Positions 52,301-64,000 of a stretch of DNA of 64,000 bases are shown piece by piece. The notes under the pieces are model-generated. The model did no database searches and had not been told where the DNA came from. It saw only the letters and a list, made by a program, of their open reading frames with translations. Source of the DNA: Antedon mediterranea (lineage: Eukaryota; Animalia; Echinodermata). The translations under genes and the position numbers were made by a program. The stretch lies in contig NC_092671.1 of assembly GCF_964355755.1 (NCBI RefSeq), positions 22,275,317 through 22,339,316 on the forward strand, written 5' to 3'. The stretch's first letter is position 1. Each line of letters opens with the position of its first letter.

Positions 52301-54903
52301 TATTAAGCTATATTGTGCTCTTTGATGTTTTTGTGTGAAAAGTGTTATCGAAATGCTCAACATGGTCTAAAACGGTTTATAATGTGATTTTAAGCACTTT
52401 GATGTTTTTGTGTAACCAAGTTTCATCGAAATGCACAAAATGGTCTAAAATGTCTCCAAATGCGATTTGAAGCTATTCTAAACACTTTGGTGTTTTTATG
52501 TTAACAAGTTTTTTCGAAAATTACAAAATGGTCTAAAACGTCTCCAAATGCGATTTGAAGCTATTCTAAGCACTTTGGTGTTTTTATGTTAACAAGTTTT
52601 TTCGAAAATCCCAAAATGGTCTAAAACGTCTCCAAAGGCGATTTGAAGCTTTTCTAAACACTTTGGTGTTTTTGTGTTAACAAGTTTTTTCGAAAATCAC
52701 AAAATGGTCTAAAACGTCTCCAAATGCGATTTGAAGCTATTCTGTACACTTTGGTGTTTTGTGTGAAAAAGATTTGTCGAAATGCTCAAAATGGTTTAAA
52801 ACGTTTTTAAATACGATATTAAGCTAAATAGCTTAATATGTGCTCTTTGATGTTTTTGTGTGAAAAGTGTTATCGAAATGATCAAAATGGTCTAAAACGG
52901 TTTATAATGTGATTTTAAGCACTTTGATGTTTTTGTGTAACCAAGTTTTTTCGAAAATCACAAATTGGTCTAAAACGTCTCCAAATGCGATTTGAAGGTA
53001 TTCTAAGCACTTTGGTGTTTTGTGTGAAAAAGTTTTTGTCGAAAATCACTAAATGGTCTAAAACGTCTCCAGATGCAATTTGAAGCTATTCTAAGCACTT
53101 TGGTGTTTTTATGTTAACAAGTTTTTTCGAAAATCACAAAATGGTCTAAAACTTCTCCAAATGCGATTTGAAGCTATTCTAAGTACTTTGGTGTTTTTAT
53201 GTTAACAAGTTTTTTCGAAAATCACAAAATGGTCTAAAACGTCTCCAAATGCGATTTGAAGGTATTCTAAGCACTTTGGTGTTTTGTGTGAAAAAGTTTT
53301 GTCGAAAATCACAAAATGGTCTAAAACGTTTTTAAATACTATATTAAGCTATTCTGTACACTTTGGTGTTTTGTCTGAAAAAGTTTTGTCGAAATGCTCA
53401 AAATGGTCTAAAACGTTTTTAAATACGATATTAAGATATTTTGTGCTCTTTGATGTTTTTGTGTGAAAAGTGTTATCAAAATGCTCAAAATGGTCTAAAA
53501 CGGTTTATAATGTGATTTTAAGCACTTTGTTGTTTTTGTGTAACCAAGTTTTTTCGAAAATCACAAATTGGTCTAAAATGTCTCCAAATGCGATTTGAAG
53601 CTATTCTTAGCACTTTGATGTTTTTATGTTAACAAATTTTTTCGAAAATCACAAATTGGTCTAAAATGTCTCCAAATGCGATTTGAAGCTATTCTTAGCA
53701 CTTTGATGTTTTTATGTTAACAAATTTTTTCGAAAATCACAAAATGGTCTAAAACGTTTCCAAATGCGATTTGAAGCTATTCTAAGCACTTTGGTGTTTT
53801 GTGTAAAAAGTGTTATCGATATGCTCAAAATGGTCTAAAACGGTTTATAATGTGATTTTAAGCACTTTGATGTTTTTGCGTAACCAAGTTTCATCGAAAT
53901 GCACAAAATGGTCTAAAACGTCTCCAAATGCGATTTGAAGCTATTCTAATCACTTTGGTGTTTTTATATTAACAAGTTTTTTCGAAAATCACAAAATGGT
54001 CTAAAACGTCTCCAAATGCGATTTGAAGCTATTCTAATCAATTTGGTGTTTTTGTGTTAACAATTTTTTTCGAAAATCACAAAATGGTCTAAAACGTCTC
54101 CAAATGCGATTTGAAGCTATTCTAAACATTTTGGTGTTTTTATGTTAACAAGTTTTTTCGAAAATCACAAAATGGTTTAAGACGTCTCCAAATGCGATTT
54201 GAAGCTATTCTAAGCACTTTGGTGTTTTTATGTTAACAAGTTTTTTCGAAAATCACAAAATGGTCTAAAACGTCTCCAAATGCGATTTGAAGCTTTTCTG
54301 TACACTTTGATGTTTTTATGTTAACAAGTTTTTTCGAAAATCAGAAAATGGTCTAAAACGTCTCCCAATGCGATTTGAAGCTATTCTAAGCACTTTGGTG
54401 TTTTTATGTTAACAAGTTTTTTCGAAAATCACAAAGTTGTCTAAAACGTCTCCAAATGCGATTTGAAGCTATTCTGTAAACTTTGATGTTTTTATGTTAA
54501 CAAGTTTTTTCGAAAATCAAAAAATGGTCTAAAACGTCTCCAAATGCGATTTGAAGGTATTCTAAGCACTTTGGTGTTTTGTGTGAAAAAGTTTTGTCGA
54601 AATGCTCAAAATGGTCTAAAACGTTTTTAAATAGGATATTAAGCTATATTGTGCTCTTTGATGTTTTTGTGTGAAAAGTGTTATCGAAATGCTCAAATGG
54701 TCTAAAACGGTTTATAATGTGATTTTAAGCACTTTGATGTTTTTGTGTAACCAAGTTTCATCGAAATGCACAAAATGGTCTAAAACGTCTCCAAATGCGA
54801 TTTGAAGCTATTCTAAGAACTTTGGTGTTTTTATGTTAACAAGTTTTTTTGAAAATTACAAAATGGTCTAAAACGTCTCCAAATGCGATTTGAAGCTATT
54901 CTA
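34391..54903. repeat. Satellite array 2, main part, with higher-order duplications
   Basis: 88-bp period (AACAAG at 34481 and 34569). Runs of the main monomer are interrupted by a recurring divergent trio (TTTTGTCGAAATGCTC / GTGTTATCG / GTAACCAAG). Confidence 0.97.
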
Positions 54904-54904
54904 T

Positions 54905-55161
54905 CCATTTTGTGATTTTCGAAAAAAACTTTTTAACATAAAAACATCAAAGTTTACAGAATAGCTTCAAATCGCATTTGGAGACGTTTTAGACAATTTT
55001 GTGATTTTCGAAAAAACTTGTTAACATAAAAACACCAAAGTGCTTAGAATAGCTTAAAATCGCATTTGGAGACGTTTTAGACCATTTTGTGATTTTCGAA
55101 AAAACTTGTTAACATAAAAATATCAAAGTGTACAGAATAGCTTCAAATCGCATTTGGAGAC
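54905..55161 (-). repeat. About three satellite-2 monomers in inverted orientation
   Basis: CCATTTTGTGATTTTCGAAAAAA...CGCATTTGGAGAC is the reverse complement of the array unit. Confidence 0.92.
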
Positions 55162-58100
55162 AAGCGAGAGAGAGATAGATCAGCGAGAGAGAGAGATCAG
55201 CGAGAGAGAGATAGATCGGCGAGAGAGAGAGAGAGAGAGAGAGATATATAGATCAGCGAGAGAGAGATAGATCAGCGAGAGAGAGAGAGAGAGATATATA
55301 GATCACCGAGAGAAAGAGATAGATCAGCGAGAAAAAGATAGATCAGTGAGAGAGAGATAGATCAGCAAGAGAGAGAGAGATAGATCAGCGAGAGAGAGAT
55401 AGATCAGCGAGAGAGAGAGATAGATAAGCGAGAGAAAGAGAGAAAGATCAGCGAGAGAGACAGATAGATCAGCGAGAGAGAGAGATAGATCAGTGAGAGA
55501 GAGAGAGAGAGATAGATCAGCGAGAGAGAGAGAGATAGATCAGCGAGAGAGAGAGAGATAGATTAGCGAGAGAGAGAGAGATAGATCAGCGAGAGAGAGA
55601 GAGTTAGATCAGCGAGAGAGAGAGAGATAGATAAGCGAGAGAAAGGGATAGATCAGCGAGAGAGAGATAGATCAGCGAGAGAGTGATAGATCAGCGAGAG
55701 AGAGAGATATATCAGCGAGAGAGAGATAGATCAGCGAGAGAGAGATAGATCAGCGAGAGAGATGGATCAGCGAGAGAGAGATAGATCAGCGAGAGACAGA
55801 TAGATCAGCGAGAGAGAGATAGATCAGCGAGAGAAAGATAGATCAGCGAGAGAGATCAGCGAGAGAGAGAGATAGATCAGCGAGAGAAAGATAGATCAGC
55901 GAGAGAGAGATAGATCAGCGAGAGATAGATAGATCAGCGAGATAGAGATAGATCAGCGAGAGAGAGAGATAGATCAGCGAGAGAGAGATAGATCAGCGAG
56001 AGAAAGAGATAGATCAGCGAGAGAGAGAGATAGATCAGCGAGAGAGAGAGAGATAGATCAGCGAGAGAGAGAGAGATAGATCAGTGAGAGATTGATCAGC
56101 GAGAGAGAAAGATCAGCGAGAGAGAGATAGATCAGCGAGAGAGAGATAGATCAGCGAGAGAGAGATAGATCAGCGAGAGAGAGATAGACCAGCGAGAGAG
56201 AGATAGATCAGCGAGAGAGAGAGAGAGAGAGAGATAGATCAGCTAGAGAGAGAGATAGATCAGCGAGAGAAAGAGATAGATCAGCGAGAGAGAGAGATAG
56301 ATCAGCGAGAGAGAGAGAGATAGATCAGCGAGAGAGAGAGATAGATCAGCGAGAGATTGATCAGCGAGAGAGAAAGATCAGCGAGAGAGAGATAGATCAG
56401 CGAGAGATAGATAGATCAGCGAGAGAGAGATAGATCAGCGAGAGAGAGATAAATCAGCGAGAGAGAGAGAGAGAGAGATCAGCGAGAGAGAGAGATAGAT
56501 CAGCAAGAAAGAGATAGATCAGCGAGAGAGAGATAGATCAGCGAGATAGATCAGCGAGAGAGATAGATCAGCGAGAGAGAGAGAGAGAGAGATAGATCAA
56601 CGAGAGAGAGAGATAGATCAGCGAGAAAGAGATAGATCAGCGAGAGAGAGATAGATCAGCAAGAGAGAGATAGATCAGCGAGAGAGAGATAGATCAGCGA
56701 GAGAGAGAGAGAGATAGATCAGCTAGAGAGAGAGATAGATCAGCGAGAGAAAGAGATAGATCAGCGAGAGAGAGAGAGATAGATCAGCGAGAGAGAGAGA
56801 GAGAGAGAGATAGATCAGCGAGAGAGAGAGATAGATCAGCGAGAGATTGATCAGCGAGAGAGAAAGATCAGCGAGAGAGAGATAGATCAGCGAGAGATAG
56901 ATAGATCAGCGAGAGAGAGATAGATCAGCGAGAGAGAGATAGATCAGCGAGAGAGAAAGAGAGAGATAGATCAGCGAGAGAGAGAGATAGATCAGCAAGA
57001 AAGAGATAGATCAGCGAGAGAGAGATAGATCAGCGAGATAGATCAGCGAGAGGGAGATAGATCTGCGATAGAGATATAGATCAGCGAGAGAGAGAGACAG
57101 ATCAGCGAGAGAGAGAGATAGATCAGCGAGAGAGAGATAGATCAGCGAGAGAGAGAGAGAGAGATAGATCACCGAGAGAGAGAGAGAGATAGATCAGCGA
57201 GAAAGAGATAGATCAGCGAGAGAGAGATAGATCAGCAAGAGAGAGATAGATCAGCGAGAGAGAGATAGATCAGCGAGAGAGAGAGATAGATAAGCGAGAG
57301 AAAGAAAGACAGATCAGCGAGAGAGACAGATAGATCAGCGAGAGAGAGAGATAGATCAGCGAGAGAGAGAGAGAGAGATAGATAGATCAGCGAGAGAGAG
57401 AGATAGATCAGCGATAGAGAGATAGATCAGCGAGAGACAGATAGATCAGCGAGAGACAGATAGATCAGCGAGAGACAGATAGATCAGCGAGAGAAAGATA
57501 GATCAGCGAGAGAGATCAGCGAGAGAGAGATAGATCAGCGAAAGAGAGATAGATCAGCGAGAGATAGATAGATCAGCGAGAGAGAGATAGATCAGCGAGA
57601 GAGAGATAGATCAGCGAGAGAGAGAGAGATAGATCAGCGAGAGAGAGAGAGATAGATCAGCGAGAGAGAGAGAGAGATAGATCAGCGAGAGATTGATCAG
57701 CGAGAGAGAAAGATCAGCGAGAGAGAGATAGATCAGCGAGAGAGAGAGATAGATCAGCGAGACAGAGATAGATCAGCGAAACAGAGATAGATAGATCAGC
57801 GAGAGAGAGAGAGAGAGAAAGAGAGAGATAGATCAGCGAGAGATAGATCAGCGAGAGAGAGAGATAGATCAGCAAGAGAGAGAGAGATAGATCAACGAGA
57901 GAGAGAGATAGATCAGCGAGAGAGAGATATATCAGCGAGAGAGAGATATAGATCAGCGAGAGAGAGAGAGATAGATCAGCGAGAGATAGATCAGCGAGAG
58001 AGAGATAGATCAGCGAGAGAGAGAGATCAGCGTGAGAGAGATAGATCAGCGAGAGAGAGAGAGAGGGGGGTGGGGTGGAGAGAGAGAGAGATAGATCAGC

Positions 58101-59109
58101 GAGAGAGAGAGAGAGATAGATAGATCAGCGAGAGAGAGAGATAGATCAGCGATAGAGAGATAGATCAGCGAGAGACAGATAGATCAGCGAGAGACAGATA
58201 GATCAGCGAGAGAGAGATAGATCAGCGAGAGAAAGATAGATCAGCGAGAGAGATCAGCGAGAGAGAGATAGATCAGCGAAAGAGAGATAGATAAGCGAGA
58301 GATAGATAGATCAGCGAGAGAGAGATAGATCAGCGAGAGAGAGAGAGATAGATCAGCGAGAGAGAGATAGATCAGCGAGAGAGAGAGAGATAGATCAGCG
58401 AGAGAGAGATAGATCAGCGAGAGATTGATCAGCGAGAGAGAAAGATCAGCGAGAGAGAGATAGATCAGCGAGAGAGAGAGAGATAGATCAGCGAGACAGA
58501 GATAGATCAGCGAAACAGAGATAGATAGATCAGCGAGAGAGAGAGAGAGATCAGCGAGAGATAGATCAGCGAGAGAGAGATAGATCAGCGAGAGAGAGAG
58601 ATCAGCGTGAGAGAGATAGATCAGCGAGAGAGAGAGAGAGGGGGTGGGGTGGAGAGAGAGAGAGAGATAGATCAGCGAGAGAGAGAGAGAGAGATAGATA
58701 GATCAGCGAGAGAGAGAGATAGATCAGCGATAGAGAGATAGATCAGCGAGAGACAGATAGATCAGCGAGAGACAGATAGATCAGCGAGAGAGAGATAGAT
58801 CAGCGAGAGAAAGATAGATCAGCGAGAGAGATCAGCGAGAGAGAGATAGATCAGCGAAAGAGAGATAGATCAGCGAGAGATAGATAGATCAGCGAGAGAG
58901 AGATAGATCAGCGAGAGAGAGAGAGATAGATCAGCGAGAGAGAGATAGATCAGCGAGAGAGAGAGAGATAGATCAGCGATAGAGAGAGAGATAGATCAGC
59001 GAGAGATTGATCAGCGAGAGAGAAAGATCAGCGAGAGAGAGATAGATCAGCGAGAGAGAGAGATAGATCAGCGAGACAGAGATAGATCAGCGAAACAGAG
59101 ATAGATAGA

Positions 59110-59140
<31 letters not shown>

Positions 59141-61747
59141 TAGATCAGCGAGAGATAGATCAGCGAGAGAGAGAGATAGATCAGCAAGAGAGAGAGAGAT
59201 AGATCAACGAGAGAGAGAGATAGATCAGCGAGAGAGAGATATATCAGCGAGAGAGAGAGATAGATCAGCGTAAGAGAGAGAGATAGATCAGCGAGAGATA
59301 GATCAGCGAGAGAGAGATAGATCAGCGAGAGAGAGAGATCAGCGTGAGAGAGATAGATCAGCGAGAGAGAGAGAGAGGGGGGGGGTGGAGAGAGAGAGAG
59401 AGATAGATCAGCGAGAGAGAGAGATAGATCAGCGAGAGACAGAGATAGAACAGCGAGAGACAGAGATATATCAGCAAGAGAGAGATATAGATCAGCGAGA
59501 GAGAGATGGATCAGCGAGAGAGAGATAGATCAGCGATAGAGAGATAGATCTGCGAGAGAGAGATAGATCAGCGAGAGAGAGATATATCAGCGAGAGAGAG
59601 ATAGATCAGCGAGAGAGAGAGATAGATCAGCGAGAGAGAGATAGATCAGCGAGAGAGAGAGATAGATCACCGAGAGAGAGAGAGATAGATCAGCGAGAAA
59701 GAGATAGATCAGCGAGAGAGAGATAGATCAGTAAGAGAGAGATAGATCAGCGAGAGAGAGATAGATCGCGGAGAGAGAGAGATAGATAAGCAAGAGAAAG
59801 AGAGACAGATCAGCGAGAGAGACAGATAGTGTAGCGAGAGAGAGAGAGAGAGAGATCAGCGAGAGAGAGAGAGAGATAGATCAGCGAGAGAGAGAGAGAG
59901 AGAGAGATAGATCAGCGAGAGAGAGAGATAGATTAGCGAGAGAGAGAGAGAGAGAGAGATAGATCAGCGAGAGAGAGAGAGTTAGATCAGCGAGAGAGAG
60001 AGAGATAGATAAGGGAGAGAAAGAGATAGATCAGCGAGAGAGAGATAGATCAGCGAGAGAGTGATAGATCAGCGAGAGAGAGAGATATATCAGCGAGAGA
60101 GAGATAGATCAGCGAGAGAGAGATAGATCAGCGAGAGAGAGAGATGGATCAGCGAGAGAGAGAGATAGATCAGCGAGAGACAGATAGATCAGCGAGAGAC
60201 AGATAGATCAGCGAGAGAGATCAGCGAGAGAGAGATAGATCAGCAAGAGAGAGATAGATCAGCGAGAGATAGATAGATCAGCGAGAAAGAGATAGATCAG
60301 CGAGAGAGAGATAGATCAGCGAGAGAGAGATAGATCAGCGAGAGAGAGAGATAGATCAGCGAGAGAGAGAGATAGATGAGCGAGAGAGAGAGAGATAGAT
60401 CAGCGAGAGAGAGAGAGATAGATCAGCGAGAGATTGATCAGCGAGAGAGAAAGATCAGCGAGAGAGATAGATCAGCGAGAGAGAGATAGATCCGCGAGAG
60501 AGAGATAGATCAGCGAGAGAGAGAGATAGATCAGCGAGAGAGAAAGATAGATCAGCGAGAGAGAGATAGATCAGCGAGAGAGAGAGATGGATCAGCGAGA
60601 GAGAGATAGATCAGCGAGAGACAGATAGATCAGCGAGAGACAGATAGATCAGCGAGAGAGAGATAGATCAGCGAGAGAAAGATAGATCAGCGAGAGAGAT
60701 CAGCGAGAGAGAGAGATAGATCAGCGAGAGAGAGATAGATCAGCGAGAGATAGATAGATCAGCGAGAGAGAGATAGATCAGCGAGAGAGAGATAGATCAG
60801 CGAGAGAGAGATAGATCAGCGAGAGAGAGAGATAGATCAGCGAGAGAGAGAGATAGATCAGCGAGAGAGCGAGAGAGATATATCAGCGAGAGATTGATCA
60901 GCGAGAGAGAAAGATCAGCGAGAGAGATAGATCAGCGACAGAGAAATAGATCCGCGAGAGAGAGATAGATCAGTGAGAGAGAGAGATAGATCAGCGAGAG
61001 AGAGAGATAGATCAGCGAGAGAGAGAGATAGATCAGCGAGAGAGAGAGAGAGATATATAGATCAGCGAGAGAGAGATAGATCAGCAAGAAAGAGATAGAT
61101 CAGCGAGAGAGAGATAGATCAGCGAGAGAGAGATAGATCAGCGAGAGAAAGATAGATCAGCGAGAGAGATCAGCGAGAGAGAGATAGATCAGCGAGAGAG
61201 AGATAGATCAGCGAGAGATAGATAGATCAGCGAGAGAGAGATAGATCAGCGAGAGAGAGATAGATCAGCGAGAGAGAGATAGATCAGCGAGAGAAAGATA
61301 GATCAGTGAGAGAGATCAGCGAGAGAGAGATAGATCAGCGAGAGATAGATAGATCAGCGAGAGAGAGATAGATCAGCGAGAGAGAGATAGATCAGCGAGA
61401 GAGAGATAGATCAGCGAGAGAGAGAGATAGATCAGCGAGAGAGAGAGATAGATCAGCGAGAGAGAGAGAGATAGATCAGCGAGAGATTGATCAGCGAGAG
61501 AGAAAGATCAGCGAGAGAGATAGATCAGCGAGAGAGAGATAGATCCGTGAGAGAGAGATAGATCAGCGAGAGAGAGAGATAGATCAGCGAGAGAGAGAGA
61601 TAGATCAGCGAGAGAGAGAGAGAGAGATAGATCAGCTAGAGAGAGAGATAGATCAGCAAGAAAGAGATAGATCAGCGAGAGAGAAAGATCAGCGAGAGAG
61701 AGTTAGATCAGCGAGAGAGAGAGATAGATCAGCGAGAGAGAGATAGA

Positions 61748-61778
<31 letters not shown>

Positions 61779-62842
61779 TAGATCAGCGAGAGAGAGATGG
61801 ATCAGCGAGAGAGAGAGATAGATCAGCGAGAGAGGGATAGATCAGCGAGAGAGAGAGAGAGATAGATCAGCGAGAGAGAGAGATAGATCAGCGAGAGAGA
61901 GAGAGATAGATCAGAGAGAGAGAGAGATAGATCAGCGAGAGAGAGAGAGATAGATTAGCGAGAGAGAGAGAGATAGATCAGCGAGAGAGAGAGAGTTAGA
62001 ACAGCGAGAGAGAGATAGATCAGCGAGAGAGAGAGAGAGCGAGAGAGATAGATCAGCGAGAGAGAGAGAGAGAGATAGATCAGCGAGAGAGAGAGATAGA
62101 TTAGCGAGAGAGAGAGAGAGAGAGATAGATCAGCGAGAGAGAGAGAGAGATAGATCAGCGAGAGAGAGAGATAGATCAGCGAGAGAGCGATAGATCAGCG
62201 AGAGAGAGATAGATCGGCGAGAGAGAGATAGATCAGCGAGAGAGAGAGAGATAGATCAGCGAGAGAGAGATAGATCAGCGAGAGAGAGATAGAGAGAGAT
62301 AGATCAGCGAGAGAGAGAGAGAGATAGATCAGCGAGAGAGAGAGATAGATCAGCGAGAGAGCGATAGATCAGCGAGAGAGAGATAGATCGGCGAGAGAGA
62401 GATAGATCAGCGAGAGAGAGAGAGATAGATCAGCGAGAGAGAGATAGATCAGCGAGAGAAAGATAGATCAACGAGAGAGAGATAGATCAGTGAGAGAGAG
62501 ATAGATCAGCGAGAGAGAGATAGATCAGCGAGAGAGAGATGGATCAGCGAGAGAGAGAGAGATAGATCAGCGAGAGACAGATAGATCAGAGAGAGAGAGA
62601 TAGATCAGCGAGAGAGATAGATCAGCGAGAGAGAGAGATAGATCAGCAAGAAAGAGATAGATCAGCGAGAGAGAGATAGATCAGCGAGAGAGAGATAGAT
62701 CAGCGAGAGGGAGATAGATCAGCGAGAGAGAGATAGATCAGCGAGAGAGAGATAGATCAGCGAGAGGGAGATAGATAAGCGAGAGAGAGAGATATATATA
62801 GATCAGCGAGAGAGAGATAGATCAGCGAGAGAGAGAGATAGA

Positions 62843-62873
<31 letters not shown>

Positions 62874-62993
62874 TAGATCAGCTAGAGAGAGAGATAGATC
62901 AGCAAGAAAGAGATAGATCAGCGAGAAAGAAAGATCAGCGAGAGAGAGTTAGATCAGCGAGAGAGAGAGATAGATCAGCGAGAGAGAGATAGA

Positions 62994-63060
<67 letters not shown>

Positions 63061-63162
63061 TAGATCAGCGAGAGAGAGATGGATCAGCGAGAGAGAGATA
63101 GATCAGCGAGAGAGGGATAGATCAGCGAGAGAGAGAGAGAGATAGATCAGCGAGAGAGAGAG
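55162..63162. repeat. Purine-rich minisatellite [GATAGATCAGC(GA)n], unit ~16-40 bp, ~8 kb
   Basis: A constant GATAGATCAGC core alternates with variable (GA)n tracts throughout. Confidence 0.97.
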
Positions 63163-63518
63163 TGTAACGGTAGTCGTGTCGAGGGCCAAGACAATAACGA
63201 TGGCACACAATGATTCAATGTACAAAATATAATATTTATTCAATCAAAAAGTAATATTATAAAACAATGTGAAACGTAGTGATTCTGACTGATGTTATAG
63301 TCTCAAGAATCAATACCCGAACTAACTAACTTAACTACAAAACATATATTTATATTAAGGGGACAGGAAGGATGACTAATTAAATGGTACCACATCCTGA
63401 TTGACTTTCCTTGGAAGACCCACCTCAGGAATGTAGTGTTCCAAGTTAAGTAGGCATCGGGGAGAGTAAGGGGTGAATAGCCTGTGTGACTAATAGGGTT
63501 TGGTCCCACCATGTTACA
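63163..63518 (-). mobile_element. 3' LTR (356 bp) of an LTR retrotransposon, probably Gypsy-like
   Basis: TGTAAC...GTTACA terminal inverted repeat. On the minus strand, a TATA-like motif at ~63350 precedes AATAAA at ~63240-63235. A PPT is adjacent. Confidence 0.8.
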
Positions 63519-64000
63519 TTCCCCCGCTCGTCAATTCGAAGCCGTGTCTTCGAAACCAACGAGTCACTGAGCCAAAAATGTATTTAGAAACAAACTTAAC
63601 TACCTAAACAAAAGAAAAATAACGCAAATCGTCACAAATCAATAAATCGGCAAACGTGGCAAAACATACAAAAGTAAAAGTAAAATTGGTAAAAGTTCTC
63701 AAATTAAAAGTAATAATAATAATATAAAGTGTACATAATACTATATAGCTCAACAAACATGTTCAGTTGAAAATGATAGTCAGCAGGTCATAAATTTAGT
63801 AACTCCTGTATTTACTCCTGATGGATACATCAATCAGCTGTTGCCAAGAAACAAGTTGACCTGCTTCCCAAAATTCAGTTCATAACAAAAAAATTTGAGA
63901 ACGACATAACTGCAGTTGACTGTCCACTATATCTTGAAGAAAATCTTTAAAAAGTGTACATTTCTGGATTCAAGTTTCTCATCAATCCGAGGAATAAAGT
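63519..64000 (-). mobile_element. Polypurine tract and 3' internal region of the LTR element (continues beyond the window)
   Basis: Minus-strand CGAGCGGGGGAA abuts the LTR TGT and is preceded by a CTCGT..TTCGAAG/CTTCGAA..ACGAG hairpin. No recognisable ORF. Confidence 0.7.

Noticed and set aside
38976-53466. 79- and 60-aa ORFs in satellite 2
   Set aside because: Chance open frames across monomers; useful only as duplication markers.
23738-54903. CRISPR-like repeat-spacer array
   Set aside because: Units repeat along their whole length with no unique spacers, there are no cas genes, and the context is eukaryotic.
55162-63162. Arg/Glu/Asp-rich coding repeat or telomeric repeat
   Set aside because: Frequent TAG stops and frame-shifting (GA)n lengths rule out coding; the unit is not TTAGGG-like and the array is internal.
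63303-63512. 69-aa minus-strand ORF
   Set aside because: It lies wholly within the LTR and has no recognisable motif.

Overview
Eukaryotic, AT-rich, heterochromatin-type window, probably from a marine invertebrate (inference). It contains no host protein gene. Three tandem arrays lie head to tail: (1) a ~261-bp satellite (1-23737) whose monomers carry a minus-strand TATA / A-box / B-box / oligo-T layout resembling a Pol III tRNA-like gene; (2) an ~88/78-bp satellite (23734-55161) with kb-scale higher-order duplications and a terminal inversion; (3) an 8-kb GATAGATCAGC(GA)n minisatellite (55162-63162). Array 1 holds an L2/Crack-type LINE with an open 1120-aa ORF: hydrophobic N-terminus, 2A-like DIELNPGP, APE and RT. 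Array 2 holds a TTAA-flanked Kolobok-type DNA transposon (26139-34390) with a pseudogenised Cys-rich KolX/P2X7-ballast-like gene and a THAP transposase remnant. Nested in it are a Rex/Babar LINE 3' fragment and two oppositely oriented copies of an unclassified ~2.2-kb TIR element, which form a 4.7-kb palindrome around the THAP exon. The window ends in the 3' LTR and PPT of a minus-strand LTR retrotransposon. All family assignments come from reading motifs by eye; no database searches were run.
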